The notes under the pieces are model-generated. The model made no database searches. It worked only from the letters and a program-made list of their open reading frames with translations, and was not told the origin of the DNA. DNA of 64,000 nt from Longimicrobiales bacterium. GTDB lineage: Bacteria > Gemmatimonadota > Gemmatimonadetes > Longimicrobiales > Gaopeijiaceae. Below are positions 10,344 through 20,579 of this stretch, in pieces. The first letter of the stretch is position 1; each line of letters starts with the position of its first letter. Location: the NCBI GenBank assembly GCA_965218295.1, contig CBDCKN010000013.1, positions 256,001-320,000 of the forward strand, written 5' to 3'. A program made the translations under genes and the position numbers.

Positions 10344-12287
10344 CTACGCTTCCTCTTCGACTTCCACGATGCGGTCCTCGATGACCGCCCAGTCCCAGAC
10401 CACGTTTTCCCTCGATGGTTGCCACGGAGTACCCGGATCGACGGTAGCTGGGGCCACCGGCACCGCCTCCTGTGGTTCGGCCATCGGCTCCTCAGGCTCC
10501 ATGATGATCATGCCGCCCCTATCACCCACGTCGAGCTCCTCAATGGGGGGCACGACCGCGTCGCCGACCTTCGGCCGAATGAACCCGGACCACAGGTCCT
10601 CGTCCTGGATGTACTCCGGCGGTGCCTCCTCGAGGTTCAGCGTCTCCGCTCCGGGCGGTAGCGACTCGCCCGTCGCCTCCACCACGAGACCCATCTCGAA
10701 GCGGGAGCTCAGGCGATCGTCGATACCGGTGATCCCCGAGGGCTCCCGATCCGCCGTAATGAGGATCTTGGCTCCCTTCCGCCTGGACGCCTCGAACAGG
10801 TGGAAGAACTCGTCCTGAGCCCGCTCTGTGTCGGAGAGTGCCTGGACATCGTACACCAGGAGGAGATCGACACCCCACCATCGCTCTCTCTAGGCTCCCG
10901 CCACACCCTCGGAGAGAGCCCGTATGAAGTCCTCCGAGAACTCTTGGGCGGATACGATGGCGACGTTGCTGAGCTTGTCGTGCTCCCTGAACGACCGGGC
11001 CGTGGCGGCAAGCAAAGTCAAGGGGCCGCCAGGCTGTGGACTCCACAGGAACAGCGGGTTGTACTCCGGACGCTCTTCCGTGACCAGCTGATCGGCGGCC
11101 TTCAGCGCCACGGCGGGGTAGTGGTCCGTCAGATCCTCCAGGAGGGGTCCCTCGCCGATCAGCGGGAAGGGACGTACGCACTCCACTGCCGAAGCCAGCA
11201 GGGCTTCGGCCTCATCCAATCGCTCCGGGTCCTTCAGGAGGCCGACGGCGGCCTCCGGCCACGGATTCCCGACACGGTCGAGGGACTTGGCGATCTGGCG
11301 TAGCCGTGTGATATCCCGCCGGAACTCGTCGGCGATCGCGTGCGGATCGGGAGGCGCCTCGTCGGATTCGAGGAGGGACCGCAGCCGAGTCCCGGAGTAG
11401 CCGTCCCTCTCGAAGGTCTCCACCGTCTCCCTGAGCAACCTCCTCCACGGGGCCTCCTCTCGCTCCACCTTCGTGGCCACTGTCTGGCTCAGCTCCTCCA
11501 TGAACGAGCCGAACTCGTCCAGGAGCTGCTGTCCGGCTATGGAGCCCTCACTCGCCGGTCCAGTCTGATGAAGGCCCGGCATATCCTTGATTTCCTCGAC
11601 GGTGACTTGCCGGCCCTCGAGCTCCTGGATCGCCAGCACCTTGTTTAGGGCGCCCGCGAGCTCACGGACGCTCTTGAAGCTGTACTTGGCCAGCGCCTCG
11701 GCCACCCCAGACTCGAAGGTCTGACCACGCTCCTCCGCCTTCTTCCTGAGGATCGCGACCTTGGTTTCGTACTCCGGAACCCCGATGTCGACCATCAAGC
11801 CCCCGGAAAACCGTGTGACTAGACGCTCGTCGAGACCGTCTATCTCCGAGGGTGGGCGATCGCTGGCCAGGACGATCTGGCCGCCGGACGCGCTGAGCTG
11901 GTCGAGGAGGCGCAGGAGCAGCTCCTGAGCTTCCTTCTGTCCGGTGAGGAACTGCACGTCGTCGAGGAGCAGGATGTGAAGGCCCTCGTACTGCTCCCTC
12001 ATCTCGTCCTGGGTACCCTCCTGGAGGGCCGTCGTCAACTCGTCGAGAAAGACCTCAACGGCCAGGTAGACCACGCCGTACTCCGGGTGGACCTTGGTTG
12101 CGTAATGGGCTATACCGCTGAGAATGTGGCTCTTGCCGAGGCCAGAACCGGAATAGATGAACAGTGGATTGTACGATGTCCCGGGAGCGTCGGCTGCCCG
12201 CCGCGCTGCTGCAGACGCGAGCCGATTCGCAGGGCCCACCACGAAGCTGTCGAAGGTGAACCTCGGATCCAGATCCGTCGCTACCAC
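10344..12287 (-). CDS. DnaA/Hda-family ATPase paralogue with tandem AAA+ domains (in-frame TAG at 10890-10892)
   Basis: FTFDSFVVGPANRLA, YNPLFIYSGSGLGKSH, LLLDDVQF, RFSGGL, VRELAGAL. A second YNPLFL..DVQAL..DEFFHLF..RLSSRFEMGL domain continues in the same frame across the stop. Confidence 0.85.
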
Positions 12288-12306
12288 CGGCTCATACCTG
12301 CCTCGC

Positions 12307-13272
12307 TCATAGTCCCTCTTCCGATCGTGCCCACTCGGCGCACGAGCTCAAGTCTTCTGGTAGCAGTGCCTCGAAGCGAAGCATCTCCTCACTGACCGGA
12401 TGTCGGAAGGACAGCCGCCACGCGTGTAAGAACTGTCTTGATACCCGCTCGCTCAGCAATTGCGCCCAACGGCGCACTCTTCCACCCATCCCTCGCTCCC
12501 AACCCACTCCATACACGGGATCCCCGACAACGGGATGCCCGATGTGGGCAAGGTGAACCCTGATCTGGTGTGTCCTGCCTGTCTCGAGCGCGACCTCCAA
12601 GAGCTCCGCACCCGGCCAATGCTCGACGACCCGAAAGCGGGTGACTGCATGCCGCCCGCCTTCCAGCACCGCCATGCGCTGCCGGTTGGCCCGATCCCGG
12701 CCCACCGGCGCCTCGACCTCGAGCGGCGACTCGGAGAGATGCCCCCAGGAAGCCGCTTGATAGAGACGTTTAATGTCACGCCGTTGGAGCGCTTCGGAAA
12801 GGGCATGATGTGCACGGTCGGTCTTGGCCACCACCATGAGTCCCGACGTGTCCTTGTCCAGGCGGTGAACAATGCCCGGCCGGAGCTTTCCACTGATCCC
12901 GGAGAGGTCGGTGGCATGGGCCAACAGGGCATTGACCAACGTGCCTGTCGCGTGTCCCGGGCTGGGATGAACCACCATTCCGGCCGACTTGTTCACCACC
13001 AGCACCGATGGGTCCTCGAAGAAGATGTCGAGAGGAATGTCCTCGGGCTCGACCGTCAACGGCTCGGGCACCGGTACGTGAACCTCGATCTCCTGGCCGA
13101 CCTCGAGCCGCTCCGACTTCCGGGCCGCCTGGCCATTCAGGAGTACCCGCCCGTCCTCGACCAGCGCCTGCACCCGGGTCCGCGACAGGTCCAGATGACC
13201 CGCCACGTACGCGTCGAGCCGATCGCCTTCCCGATCTACGGTCAAGATCTCGATGCGCTCCTCAGCGGTCAT
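12307..13272 (-). CDS. rluD: RluA/RluD-family pseudouridine synthase
   Basis: S4 domain, NKSAGMVVHP, GIVHRLDKDTSG, TGRTHQIRVH. Confidence 0.92.
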   Translation of the reverse strand: MTAEERIEILTVDREGDRLDAYVAGHLDLSRTRVQALVEDGRVLLNGQAARKSERLEVGQEIEVHVPVPEPLTVEPEDIPLDIFFEDPSVLVVNKSAGMVVHPSPGHATGTLVNALLAHATDLSGISGKLRPGIVHRLDKDTSGLMVVAKTDRAHHALSEALQRRDIKRLYQAASWGHLSESPLEVEAPVGRDRANRQRMAVLEGGRHAVTRFRVVEHWPGAELLEVALETGRTHQIRVHLAHIGHPVVGDPVYGVGWERGMGGRVRRWAQLLSERVSRQFLHAWRLSFRHPVSEEMLRFEALLPEDLSSCAEWARSEEGL

Positions 13273-16200
13273 TCAGTCCAGCGCCCCGGCGACGATGGGA
13301 CCACCCGCGGTATCGACTTCCACTTCTCGGTTGAGCGCGATGACCGCGGCAAGGTCATCGATCTGGACGTTCGACGCCGCGTCGTAGCCTTCCACGTCAC
13401 CCTCGGCACTCCCGATAGCCAGCTGGACCGACAGGGTCTCTCCACAGATGAAATCCCGGTAGTCGTCGGCCGCGGACTGGATCTCGTCCGGCCCGAAGAT
13501 GGCCAGTCGAATCCGATCGGTGATCTCCAGACCGCCCTCCCTACGCAGGCGCTGAATGCGGTTGACGAGCTCTCTGGCCAGTCCCTCCGCACGGAGATCG
13601 TCGTCGAGAACGGAATCCAATGCCGCCGTGTAGCCTCTCTCGGAGCGCACCACCAGCCCGCCCTTCGACTCTTCGGTGACCTCGAGGTCCCCGGCCCCGA
13701 GGTGTGTAGTTCGTCCCGCTACCTCGATGGAAACCGGCTCTCCGCTCCGGTACGCTTCCAGGGCGGCCGGTGAGAGGCTCCGGATCGAAGCGGCCGCGAG
13801 CTCCGTGTCCTTCTGGAAGCGAGGGCCGAGGGCCTCGTAGTTGGGCTTCGCGACCAGGGAGACCAGCCCCTCGGCGGAGGCCAGAAAGTCCACCTCCTTC
13901 ACATTGAGCTCATCCCTCAGGAGCCCCAGGATCTCGAGGCGGATCTCCAGGTCACCCGGAACTACGGCGAAGAGTCTCCGGAGCGGCTGCCGCACGCGGA
14001 TCTTGACCTCCTCGCGAGCCGCCCGGCCCAGGGAGACCATGGCACGGACCGCCCCCATCTCGTCTTCGAGGGTCCTGTCGATCCCGTCGACGTCCGCCTC
14101 AGGAAAGGACTCCAGGTGAACGCTCCTTCCCGTGAGCCCATGGTGGATCCAGTCGGCCGCGAACGGCGTCGCCGGCGCCGCCATGAGGCAGACCGTGCGG
14201 AGCGCCTCCCAGAGCGTCCGGAACGCGGCCCGCGCGTCCGAATCGTCCGTGTTTCCCCAGAACCGGGGGCGCGACCGGCGCACATACCAGTTCGACAGTT
14301 CCTCGCTCACGAACTCCCCCAGGGTCCGGTAGGCACGGGTGATCTGGTACGAGTCCAACTCCTCGCGAACCTCGGCCACCACGGACATCAGGCGTGAGAG
14401 AAGCCAGCGGTCGAGGAGGCTGCGGTCACCCGGCACCGGATCGTCGTCCGACGGCGCCCAGTCCTCGGCGTTGGCGTAGAGGCTGAAGAACCGGTAGGTG
14501 TTGAAGAGGGTGTCCAGGAATTTGCGGGAGATCTCCTGGACCGCCACGGTATCGTACCGCTTCGGGACCCAGGGGTTGCTGGCCGTGATGAAGTACCAGC
14601 GGATGCCGTCGGCCCCATGATCGCCGATGGCATCCCAAGGATCGACCGTATTCCCCCGGGACTTAGACATCTTCTGGCCCTCGGCGTCGAGGATCAGATC
14701 GTTGACGATCACGTTCCTGAAGGGAGGCCCCTTCTCTAGCATGGTTGAGATGGCGAGAAGCGAATAGAACCAGCCCCGGGTCTGGTCGAGCCCCTCACAG
14801 ATGAAGTCGGCCGGAAAGTGCCGCTCGAACTCGTCTTCGCTCTCGAAGGGGTAGTGCCATTGGGCGTAGGGCATCGACCCTGAGTCGAACCAGGCGTCGA
14901 CCACCTCGGGCGCCTTTCGCATGGTGCCGTCGCACTGGGCACAGCTCCACGTGAACTCGTCGATGTACGGGCGGTGCGGATCGAAGTCCTCGCCCAGAGG
15001 ACCGGCGCGCTGCTCGAGCTCTATGAAGCGGCCGATCCACTCCAGGTGGTTCTCCTCGGCGTCACACACCCAGACCGGAAGCGGAGTGCCCCAGTAGCGA
15101 TCCCGCGAGAGAGCCCAGTCCACGTTGCCCTTGAGCCACTCTCCCATCCGTCCTTCGCCCACGTCCGGAGGGAACCAGTTCGCGGCGTCGTTGTTCGCGA
15201 GCATCTCGTCCTTGAGCGTGGACGTTGCGGCGAACCAGGAGTCCCTGGCGATGTAGAGGAGGGGCGACTCACACCTCCAGCAGTGTGGGTACGAGTGAAC
15301 CTCGGTGTCGAAGCGGAACAGGTTCCCTCTCACGTCGAGGGCCTCCACCAACGCCGGATCGGCGTCCCTCACGAACACGCCCCCGACAAGCTCCACGTCG
15401 GGTAGGAAGCACCCGGCCTCGTCGATGGGCTTGAGCATTGGCAGGCCGTGGCGCTGTCCCGCCGCATAGTCGTCGGAGCCGAAGGCTGGGGCCATGTGCA
15501 CGATGCCCGTCCCGTCCTCCGAGCTGACGAAGTCCTCGTTGACGACGGTCCAGCCGTTTTGCGGATCGGCGGGCATGGCCACGATCTCGAGCGGACGCGC
15601 GTACCGGCCTCCTGCCAGCTCGGTGCCCTTGTAGCGCCGCACCACATCGGCGCCCTCGCCCATCACCGCTTCGAGTCGATCTTCCGCCAACACCAGAATC
15701 CGGCCGTCTCGCTTAACCTCCACGTACGTCAGGTTCGGGTGAACGGCGAGTCCCGTGTTCGAGGGGACGGTCCAGGGGGTGGTGGTCCACACCACGAAGG
15801 CTCTCCCCTCGGGATCGAGGTCACCGTCCGGCGTGAGCCACGGACAGAGGAAGTGGAGGGACGAGTCCTCGATGTCCCGGTAGCCCTGGGCCACCTCGTG
15901 GGAGCTGAGCGCGGTCCCGCAACGGGGGCAGTACGAAACGCTCTTGTATCCCTTGTAGAGAAGCCCACGATCCGCCAACTGCTTGAGGATCCACCAGACG
16001 CTCTCCACGTAGCCCGGATGGAAGGTGACGTAGGGACGCGAGTAGTCGAGCCAGTATCCGATGCGCTCGGACAGGTTCTCCCAATCCTCCTTGTACGTGA
16101 ACACCGAGCTCCGGCACGCCTCATTGAACTCCGCGATGCCCATAGCCTCGATCTCGGGCTTACCACTGATTCCCAGCCGCTTTTCGGCCTCGATCTCCAC

Positions 16201-16470
16201 CGGCAGGCCGTGCGTGTCCCAGCCGGCGATTCGGGTGACGCTCCTGCCCTCCATGGTCCGAAACCGGCATACCAGGTCCTTGATGGTCCGGCTGATTATG
16301 TGGTGGAGGCCGGGCTCTCCGTTGGCCGTGGGCGGCCCCTCGAAGAACACGAATGGCTCGCCGTCCTTGGTCGCCTCGAGCGTCTGACGGAAGAGATCCT
16401 CCGCCCGCCAACGGCCGAGGGTCTCCTCTTCGAGAGCGAGAAGTGTTTCGGGTATCTCCGGGTACCGCAT
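13273..16470 (-). CDS. ileS: Isoleucyl-tRNA synthetase (type 2)
   Basis: EGPPTANG, GWDTHGLP, WTTTPWT, SRDRYWGTP, EGLDQTRGWF, KMSKS; type-2 C-terminus EGLARELVNRIQ. Confidence 0.97.
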   Translation of the reverse strand: MRYPEIPETLLALEEETLGRWRAEDLFRQTLEATKDGEPFVFFEGPPTANGEPGLHHIISRTIKDLVCRFRTMEGRSVTRIAGWDTHGLPVEIEAEKRLGISGKPEIEAMGIAEFNEACRSSVFTYKEDWENLSERIGYWLDYSRPYVTFHPGYVESVWWILKQLADRGLLYKGYKSVSYCPRCGTALSSHEVAQGYRDIEDSSLHFLCPWLTPDGDLDPEGRAFVVWTTTPWTVPSNTGLAVHPNLTYVEVKRDGRILVLAEDRLEAVMGEGADVVRRYKGTELAGGRYARPLEIVAMPADPQNGWTVVNEDFVSSEDGTGIVHMAPAFGSDDYAAGQRHGLPMLKPIDEAGCFLPDVELVGGVFVRDADPALVEALDVRGNLFRFDTEVHSYPHCWRCESPLLYIARDSWFAATSTLKDEMLANNDAANWFPPDVGEGRMGEWLKGNVDWALSRDRYWGTPLPVWVCDAEENHLEWIGRFIELEQRAGPLGEDFDPHRPYIDEFTWSCAQCDGTMRKAPEVVDAWFDSGSMPYAQWHYPFESEDEFERHFPADFICEGLDQTRGWFYSLLAISTMLEKGPPFRNVIVNDLILDAEGQKMSKSRGNTVDPWDAIGDHGADGIRWYFITASNPWVPKRYDTVAVQEISRKFLDTLFNTYRFFSLYANAEDWAPSDDDPVPGDRSLLDRWLLSRLMSVVAEVREELDSYQITRAYRTLGEFVSEELSNWYVRRSRPRFWGNTDDSDARAAFRTLWEALRTVCLMAAPATPFAADWIHHGLTGRSVHLESFPEADVDGIDRTLEDEMGAVRAMVSLGRAAREEVKIRVRQPLRRLFAVVPGDLEIRLEILGLLRDELNVKEVDFLASAEGLVSLVAKPNYEALGPRFQKDTELAAASIRSLSPAALEAYRSGEPVSIEVAGRTTHLGAGDLEVTEESKGGLVVRSERGYTAALDSVLDDDLRAEGLARELVNRIQRLRREGGLEITDRIRLAIFGPDEIQSAADDYRDFICGETLSVQLAIGSAEGDVEGYDAASNVQIDDLAAVIALNREVEVDTAGGPIVAGALD

Positions 16471-16495
16471 CGACTCGTGCCTGTCTTCGATGTAT

Positions 16496-17311
16496 TCAGA
16501 TCCGCGCGATTACAGCCCGGATGAGTTTTGTAAGCCTCGGCTCCGCCTCCGTGGCGGTGGCGATGATGGTCTGCACGTCGGCCTCCTCCAGGGCATCGGG
16601 GAGGCACTGATCGGTGATGATGCAGAGTCCCAGCACCTTCATTCCCATGTGTCGGGCGACGATCACTTCCGGCACGGTGGACATTCCCACCACATCGGCT
16701 CCCATCCGACGGAGCATGCGATATTCGGCCCGGGTCTCCAGGTTGGGTCCGACGACCGCCACATATACGCCGCGGCGGAGCTGAATGGCCATCTCCAGGG
16801 CCGTCTCTATCGTGAGTCCCTCCAGCTCCCGGTCGTACGGCTCCGACATGTCGGGGAATCGCGGTCCGAAGGAGTCGATGTTCTCCCCGACCAGCGGACT
16901 ATCACCCAACAGGTTGATGTGGTCGTCCAGGAGGACCAGATCGCCGGGAGCCCACAGCGGGTGCATTCCCCCCACCGCAGCGGAAACGATGAGCGTCTCG
17001 GCCCCCAGATTACCCATGACGCGGATGGGCCGGGTGATGTCGCGGAGGTCGTGGCCCTCGTAGCGGTGAAAGCGCCCCTGCATGGCCACCACCCGCTGTC
17101 CCTCCAGGGTACCGAACAGCAGTCGACCGGAATGGCTCTCCACGGTGGGAACCGGAAAGTGAGGGATATCCTCATATGAGATCGCCGTCTCCACCTCGAT
17201 CTCGTCAGCGAGGGCTCCGAGGCCAGTGCCCAGAACGATCCCGATACGAGGCTCGGCCGACGTGCGATCTCGAATCGCCCGAGTGCTCTCCTGGATGCGA
17301 TCCCACTCCAT
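16496..17311 (-). CDS. punA: Purine-nucleoside phosphorylase (trimeric type)
   Basis: IGIVLGTGLG, QGRFHRYEG, GPNLETRAE, GADVVGMSTVPE. Confidence 0.93.
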   Translation of the reverse strand: MEWDRIQESTRAIRDRTSAEPRIGIVLGTGLGALADEIEVETAISYEDIPHFPVPTVESHSGRLLFGTLEGQRVVAMQGRFHRYEGHDLRDITRPIRVMGNLGAETLIVSAAVGGMHPLWAPGDLVLLDDHINLLGDSPLVGENIDSFGPRFPDMSEPYDRELEGLTIETALEMAIQLRRGVYVAVVGPNLETRAEYRMLRRMGADVVGMSTVPEVIVARHMGMKVLGLCIITDQCLPDALEEADVQTIIATATEAEPRLTKLIRAVIARI

Positions 17312-17313
17312 CC

Positions 17314-18165
17314 TCAGTCCGTCTCCTGCTGGTCTCGCTTCAGGATGGACGAGAGCCACAGCGAGTCCTCACCCCCGGAGTCTTCCACGGCCTCCCCCTC
17401 CGCAACCTCAGAAGACTTGGTCTCGGCGGCGGATTCGGCCCCACCCACCCCGTCGGCCTTCTCGGCCGCATCGGCCTCGGCAACCGCATCGATCTCCACG
17501 GCGGTATCGGACTCCTCCGCTTCGGTCTCTTCGGCGCCTGCGAGCTCGTCATCAACCATGTCGACCGTTTTAACGGTGTCGGGATCTTCGTCATCGTCGG
17601 AGACGACCGCGACGGCCTCTGCTGACTCGACGTCGGCCTCGTCTTCCTCAACGACGGTCCAGCTGCCACGTCCCAGCTCCAGATCGAGGGTGACGTCTTC
17701 CAGCGGAGCCCGGCTGGACTCGACCTCGACCGCATCCAGCTCTCTCTCGAGCAAGGTACGGAAGGCCTTTAGGAAGAGGATCCGGTGCCTCTCCAGCTCC
17801 TCCAGCGCCACCCGGCGCTCGTCGAGAAGCCTGTCGGCTTCCTGCAGGATCTGCTCGATGCGCCCACGAGCCTCCCTCTCCAGAAGCTGGGCTTCCCGCT
17901 CGGCCTGCTCCTTCACGTCCTGGCGCAACTCCTGGGCCGTGACGAGGGCCTCCTGCACCGCCTGCTCCCGGCCTTCCTGAGCGTCGACCTGCTCACCGAG
18001 CCTCTCGGAACGCTCCTTGAGCTTGAGGTTCTCCTTCACGAGTACCTCCATCCGCTCAGCCACGAGCTCGAGGAAGACGTCCACCTCCTGGGCATTATAG
18101 CCACGGAGAGCCTTGGCGAAGTCACCTCGCTTCTTCCGTACGTCCAGCGGTGTGAGCTCGATCAT
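17314..18165 (-). CDS. divIVA: DivIVA domain protein with long acidic C-terminal region
   Basis: LTPLDVRKK..F.KALRGY...EVDVFL followed by coiled coil. Confidence 0.85.
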   Translation of the reverse strand: MIELTPLDVRKKRGDFAKALRGYNAQEVDVFLELVAERMEVLVKENLKLKERSERLGEQVDAQEGREQAVQEALVTAQELRQDVKEQAEREAQLLEREARGRIEQILQEADRLLDERRVALEELERHRILFLKAFRTLLERELDAVEVESSRAPLEDVTLDLELGRGSWTVVEEDEADVESAEAVAVVSDDDEDPDTVKTVDMVDDELAGAEETEAEESDTAVEIDAVAEADAAEKADGVGGAESAAETKSSEVAEGEAVEDSGGEDSLWLSSILKRDQQETD

Positions 18166-18869
18166 GCCGTTCGTCTCCCGAAAAGAGCGGTTCCTAGGCG
18201 TATCATCGTGCTGCCTTCCTCTATTGCGATCTCGAAATCGCTGGTCATTCCCATTGAGAGCTCTTCCCCGGCGTATCCGTCCAGCTGCCGGAGCTCTTCA
18301 TGGAGCTCGCGGAGATCCCGAAAAGTGCTTCGCAGCACCGTCTCATCGTCCGTCAACGGAGCCATCGTCATGAGGCCCCTCACTTCCAATCCCGGTAACG
18401 CGAGGATGCTTCTCAGGTCGTCTCCGATCCCCTGCCCCGGGAGGCCGCCCTTGGTCACCTCACCGGAGGTGTTCACCTGAATCAGCACGGGCTGTCTTTG
18501 GTCGGATTCCTCCGCCGCGTTGGAGAGGCGCTGGGCCAGTCGGAGAGAGTCGATCGAATGGACCAGCTCGGCAACGCCCACGACGCGCGGCGCCTTGCGG
18601 CGCTGCACATGACCGATCATGTGCCACCGAACCCGTTCGTCTCCGACGGCGGCCGCTTTCTCCACGAGCTCCTCGACCCTGTTCTCCCCCAGATCGAAGA
18701 GGCCGTGCGCCAGAGCGGCGTGAACGGCCTCCAAGCTATGCGCCTTGGTCACTGCCACCAAGGTAACCCCGTCGGGGTCCCGTCCACTCCGTTCCGCCGC
18801 TCGGATGACCCTCTCCCGGATCTCCTCGAGGGAACGTTCGAGCCGTGCCTCGTACGTGGGCGTGATCAT
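18162..18869 (-). CDS. yggS: YggS/PLPBP pyridoxal phosphate homeostasis protein
   Basis: LVAVTK, GENRVEE, WHMIGHVQ, GLMTMAP, LSMGMTSDF..AIEEGST.IRLGT. Confidence 0.93.
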   Translation of the reverse strand: MITPTYEARLERSLEEIRERVIRAAERSGRDPDGVTLVAVTKAHSLEAVHAALAHGLFDLGENRVEELVEKAAAVGDERVRWHMIGHVQRRKAPRVVGVAELVHSIDSLRLAQRLSNAAEESDQRQPVLIQVNTSGEVTKGGLPGQGIGDDLRSILALPGLEVRGLMTMAPLTDDETVLRSTFRDLRELHEELRQLDGYAGEELSMGMTSDFEIAIEEGSTMIRLGTALFGRRTA

Positions 18870-18902
18870 TCTATCGCATCGCTTTAGGAGACGGTACCGG
18901 TT

Positions 18903-18937
18903 AAAAAAGGACCCCGCCGGGCCACGCCGGCGGGGTC
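18903..18937 (-). terminator. Intrinsic terminator after tonB
   Basis: GACCCCGCCGG-loop-CCGGCGGGGTC stem followed by a T6 tract on minus. Confidence 0.8.
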
Positions 18938-18964
18938 GCAATTCGGAACCCTCGAGCCGGTCTG

Positions 18965-19647
18965 TTAACGGACCTCGAAGGTAATGGGAATCTGGACCCA
19001 GACCTTGACCACCTTGTCGCGGTTCAGCGCAGGCGTGAACTCGTAGACGCCAGCAACCTCCAGGGCCGCCTCGTCGAGCTGCCCGTGACCCGAGCTCTCG
19101 GCGACGCGCTTGTCCAGGACCCAGCCCTGTTCGGAGATGAAGAACCAGACCAGGGTCTGCCCCCCGATACCGGCGTCACGAAGGATCGGTGGATAGGCAC
19201 GCATCATGGCCTGGACCACCTCACGCCGGTTCTTGATCTCCGGCCTCACAGTCATGGGCGTGAAGACCGGTGCAGCCGAAATGTCCGTGGCCCGGTCCGA
19301 CGGCGGTGGCGGCAGATCCTCAACCGGGTTTTCCTCGAACGTCGTCGGCGCGATGGTGATATCCTCGTCGACTTCGGCGGTCGCGATCACGGGCGTCGCC
19401 GGGCGTGCGATCTTCTCGGGCGGAGGCGGAATCTCGATCTCCGGCGGAAGCTCGATTGTCTCAAGCTCCTCACTGGTGAACGACGTGTCCTCGGCCGTGA
19501 GCGTGGGCCAGAACTGGAAGACCAGGAAGTGGACCACCGTGGCGGCGATCATCGATCCCCAGAACCACGAGCTGAAAGATCGCTTGAATCGATCGTTCTC
19601 GGTCTCGAGACTGCCGGCCCCACCCTCGGCGGGCACAGCGTGAGCGT

Positions 19648-19651
<4 letters not shown>
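18965..19651 (-). CDS. tonB: Energy transducer TonB
   Basis: TM anchor, Pro-rich linker, YPPILRDAGIGG..SSGHGQLDEAA..FTPA. Confidence 0.88.
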
Positions 19652-20094
<443 letters not shown>

Positions 20095-20099
20095 TGTCG

Positions 20100-20525
20100 C
20101 TAGCCCTCCAGGAGCTGTAGGGAGACACGCTCGGCACCGGCCATGTGAAGCGCGTCCAGCACATCGACCATGAACTTGTACGGTGCGTCGGGATGCGTCT
20201 TCACGGCGGCGATGAGGTTGGCGTTCTCCGCGACTTCTTGGCGCCAGATCCCTTCGATGTCGTTGGGGCGGACCTGCTGGACCTGCGGGCTCTCACCGCG
20301 TTTCAGGTCGACGATTCCGTTCGCCTGAATGATGATGTGGATGATGTTCTTCTGGCTGACCTCGACCTCTTCCGACTGCTCCGGAAGAACGATGGCGAGG
20401 CCCTTGTCCTTCGGGAAGGTGGTGGTCACCAGGAAGAAGATCAGGAGCAGGAACGCGATGTCCGCCATCGACGCAGAGGGGACCTCGTCGGTGACCTTCG
20501 ACTTCTTGTTGTTGAGAACGGCCAT
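20100..20525 (-). CDS. exbD: ExbD/TolR biopolymer transporter
   Basis: SMADIAFLLLIFFLVTT, APYKFMVDVLD. Confidence 0.9.
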   Translation of the reverse strand: MAVLNNKKSKVTDEVPSASMADIAFLLLIFFLVTTTFPKDKGLAIVLPEQSEEVEVSQKNIIHIIIQANGIVDLKRGESPQVQQVRPNDIEGIWRQEVAENANLIAAVKTHPDAPYKFMVDVLDALHMAGAERVSLQLLEG

Positions 20526-20579
20526 TCTTCAGCCCTCGTATGTGTGCTCAGCTACCGGTGGTGCGACGGAAAGGTTCCT

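Noticed and set aside
10890..10892. Pyrrolysine or amber recoding
   Set aside because: Many genes here end normally in TAG, no pyl genes are in the window, and a TGG miscall is simpler.
10344..12287. Canonical dnaA with oriC
   Set aside because: No domain I or IV, no dnaN/recF/gyrB context, and the flanking intergenic gaps are under 20 bp.
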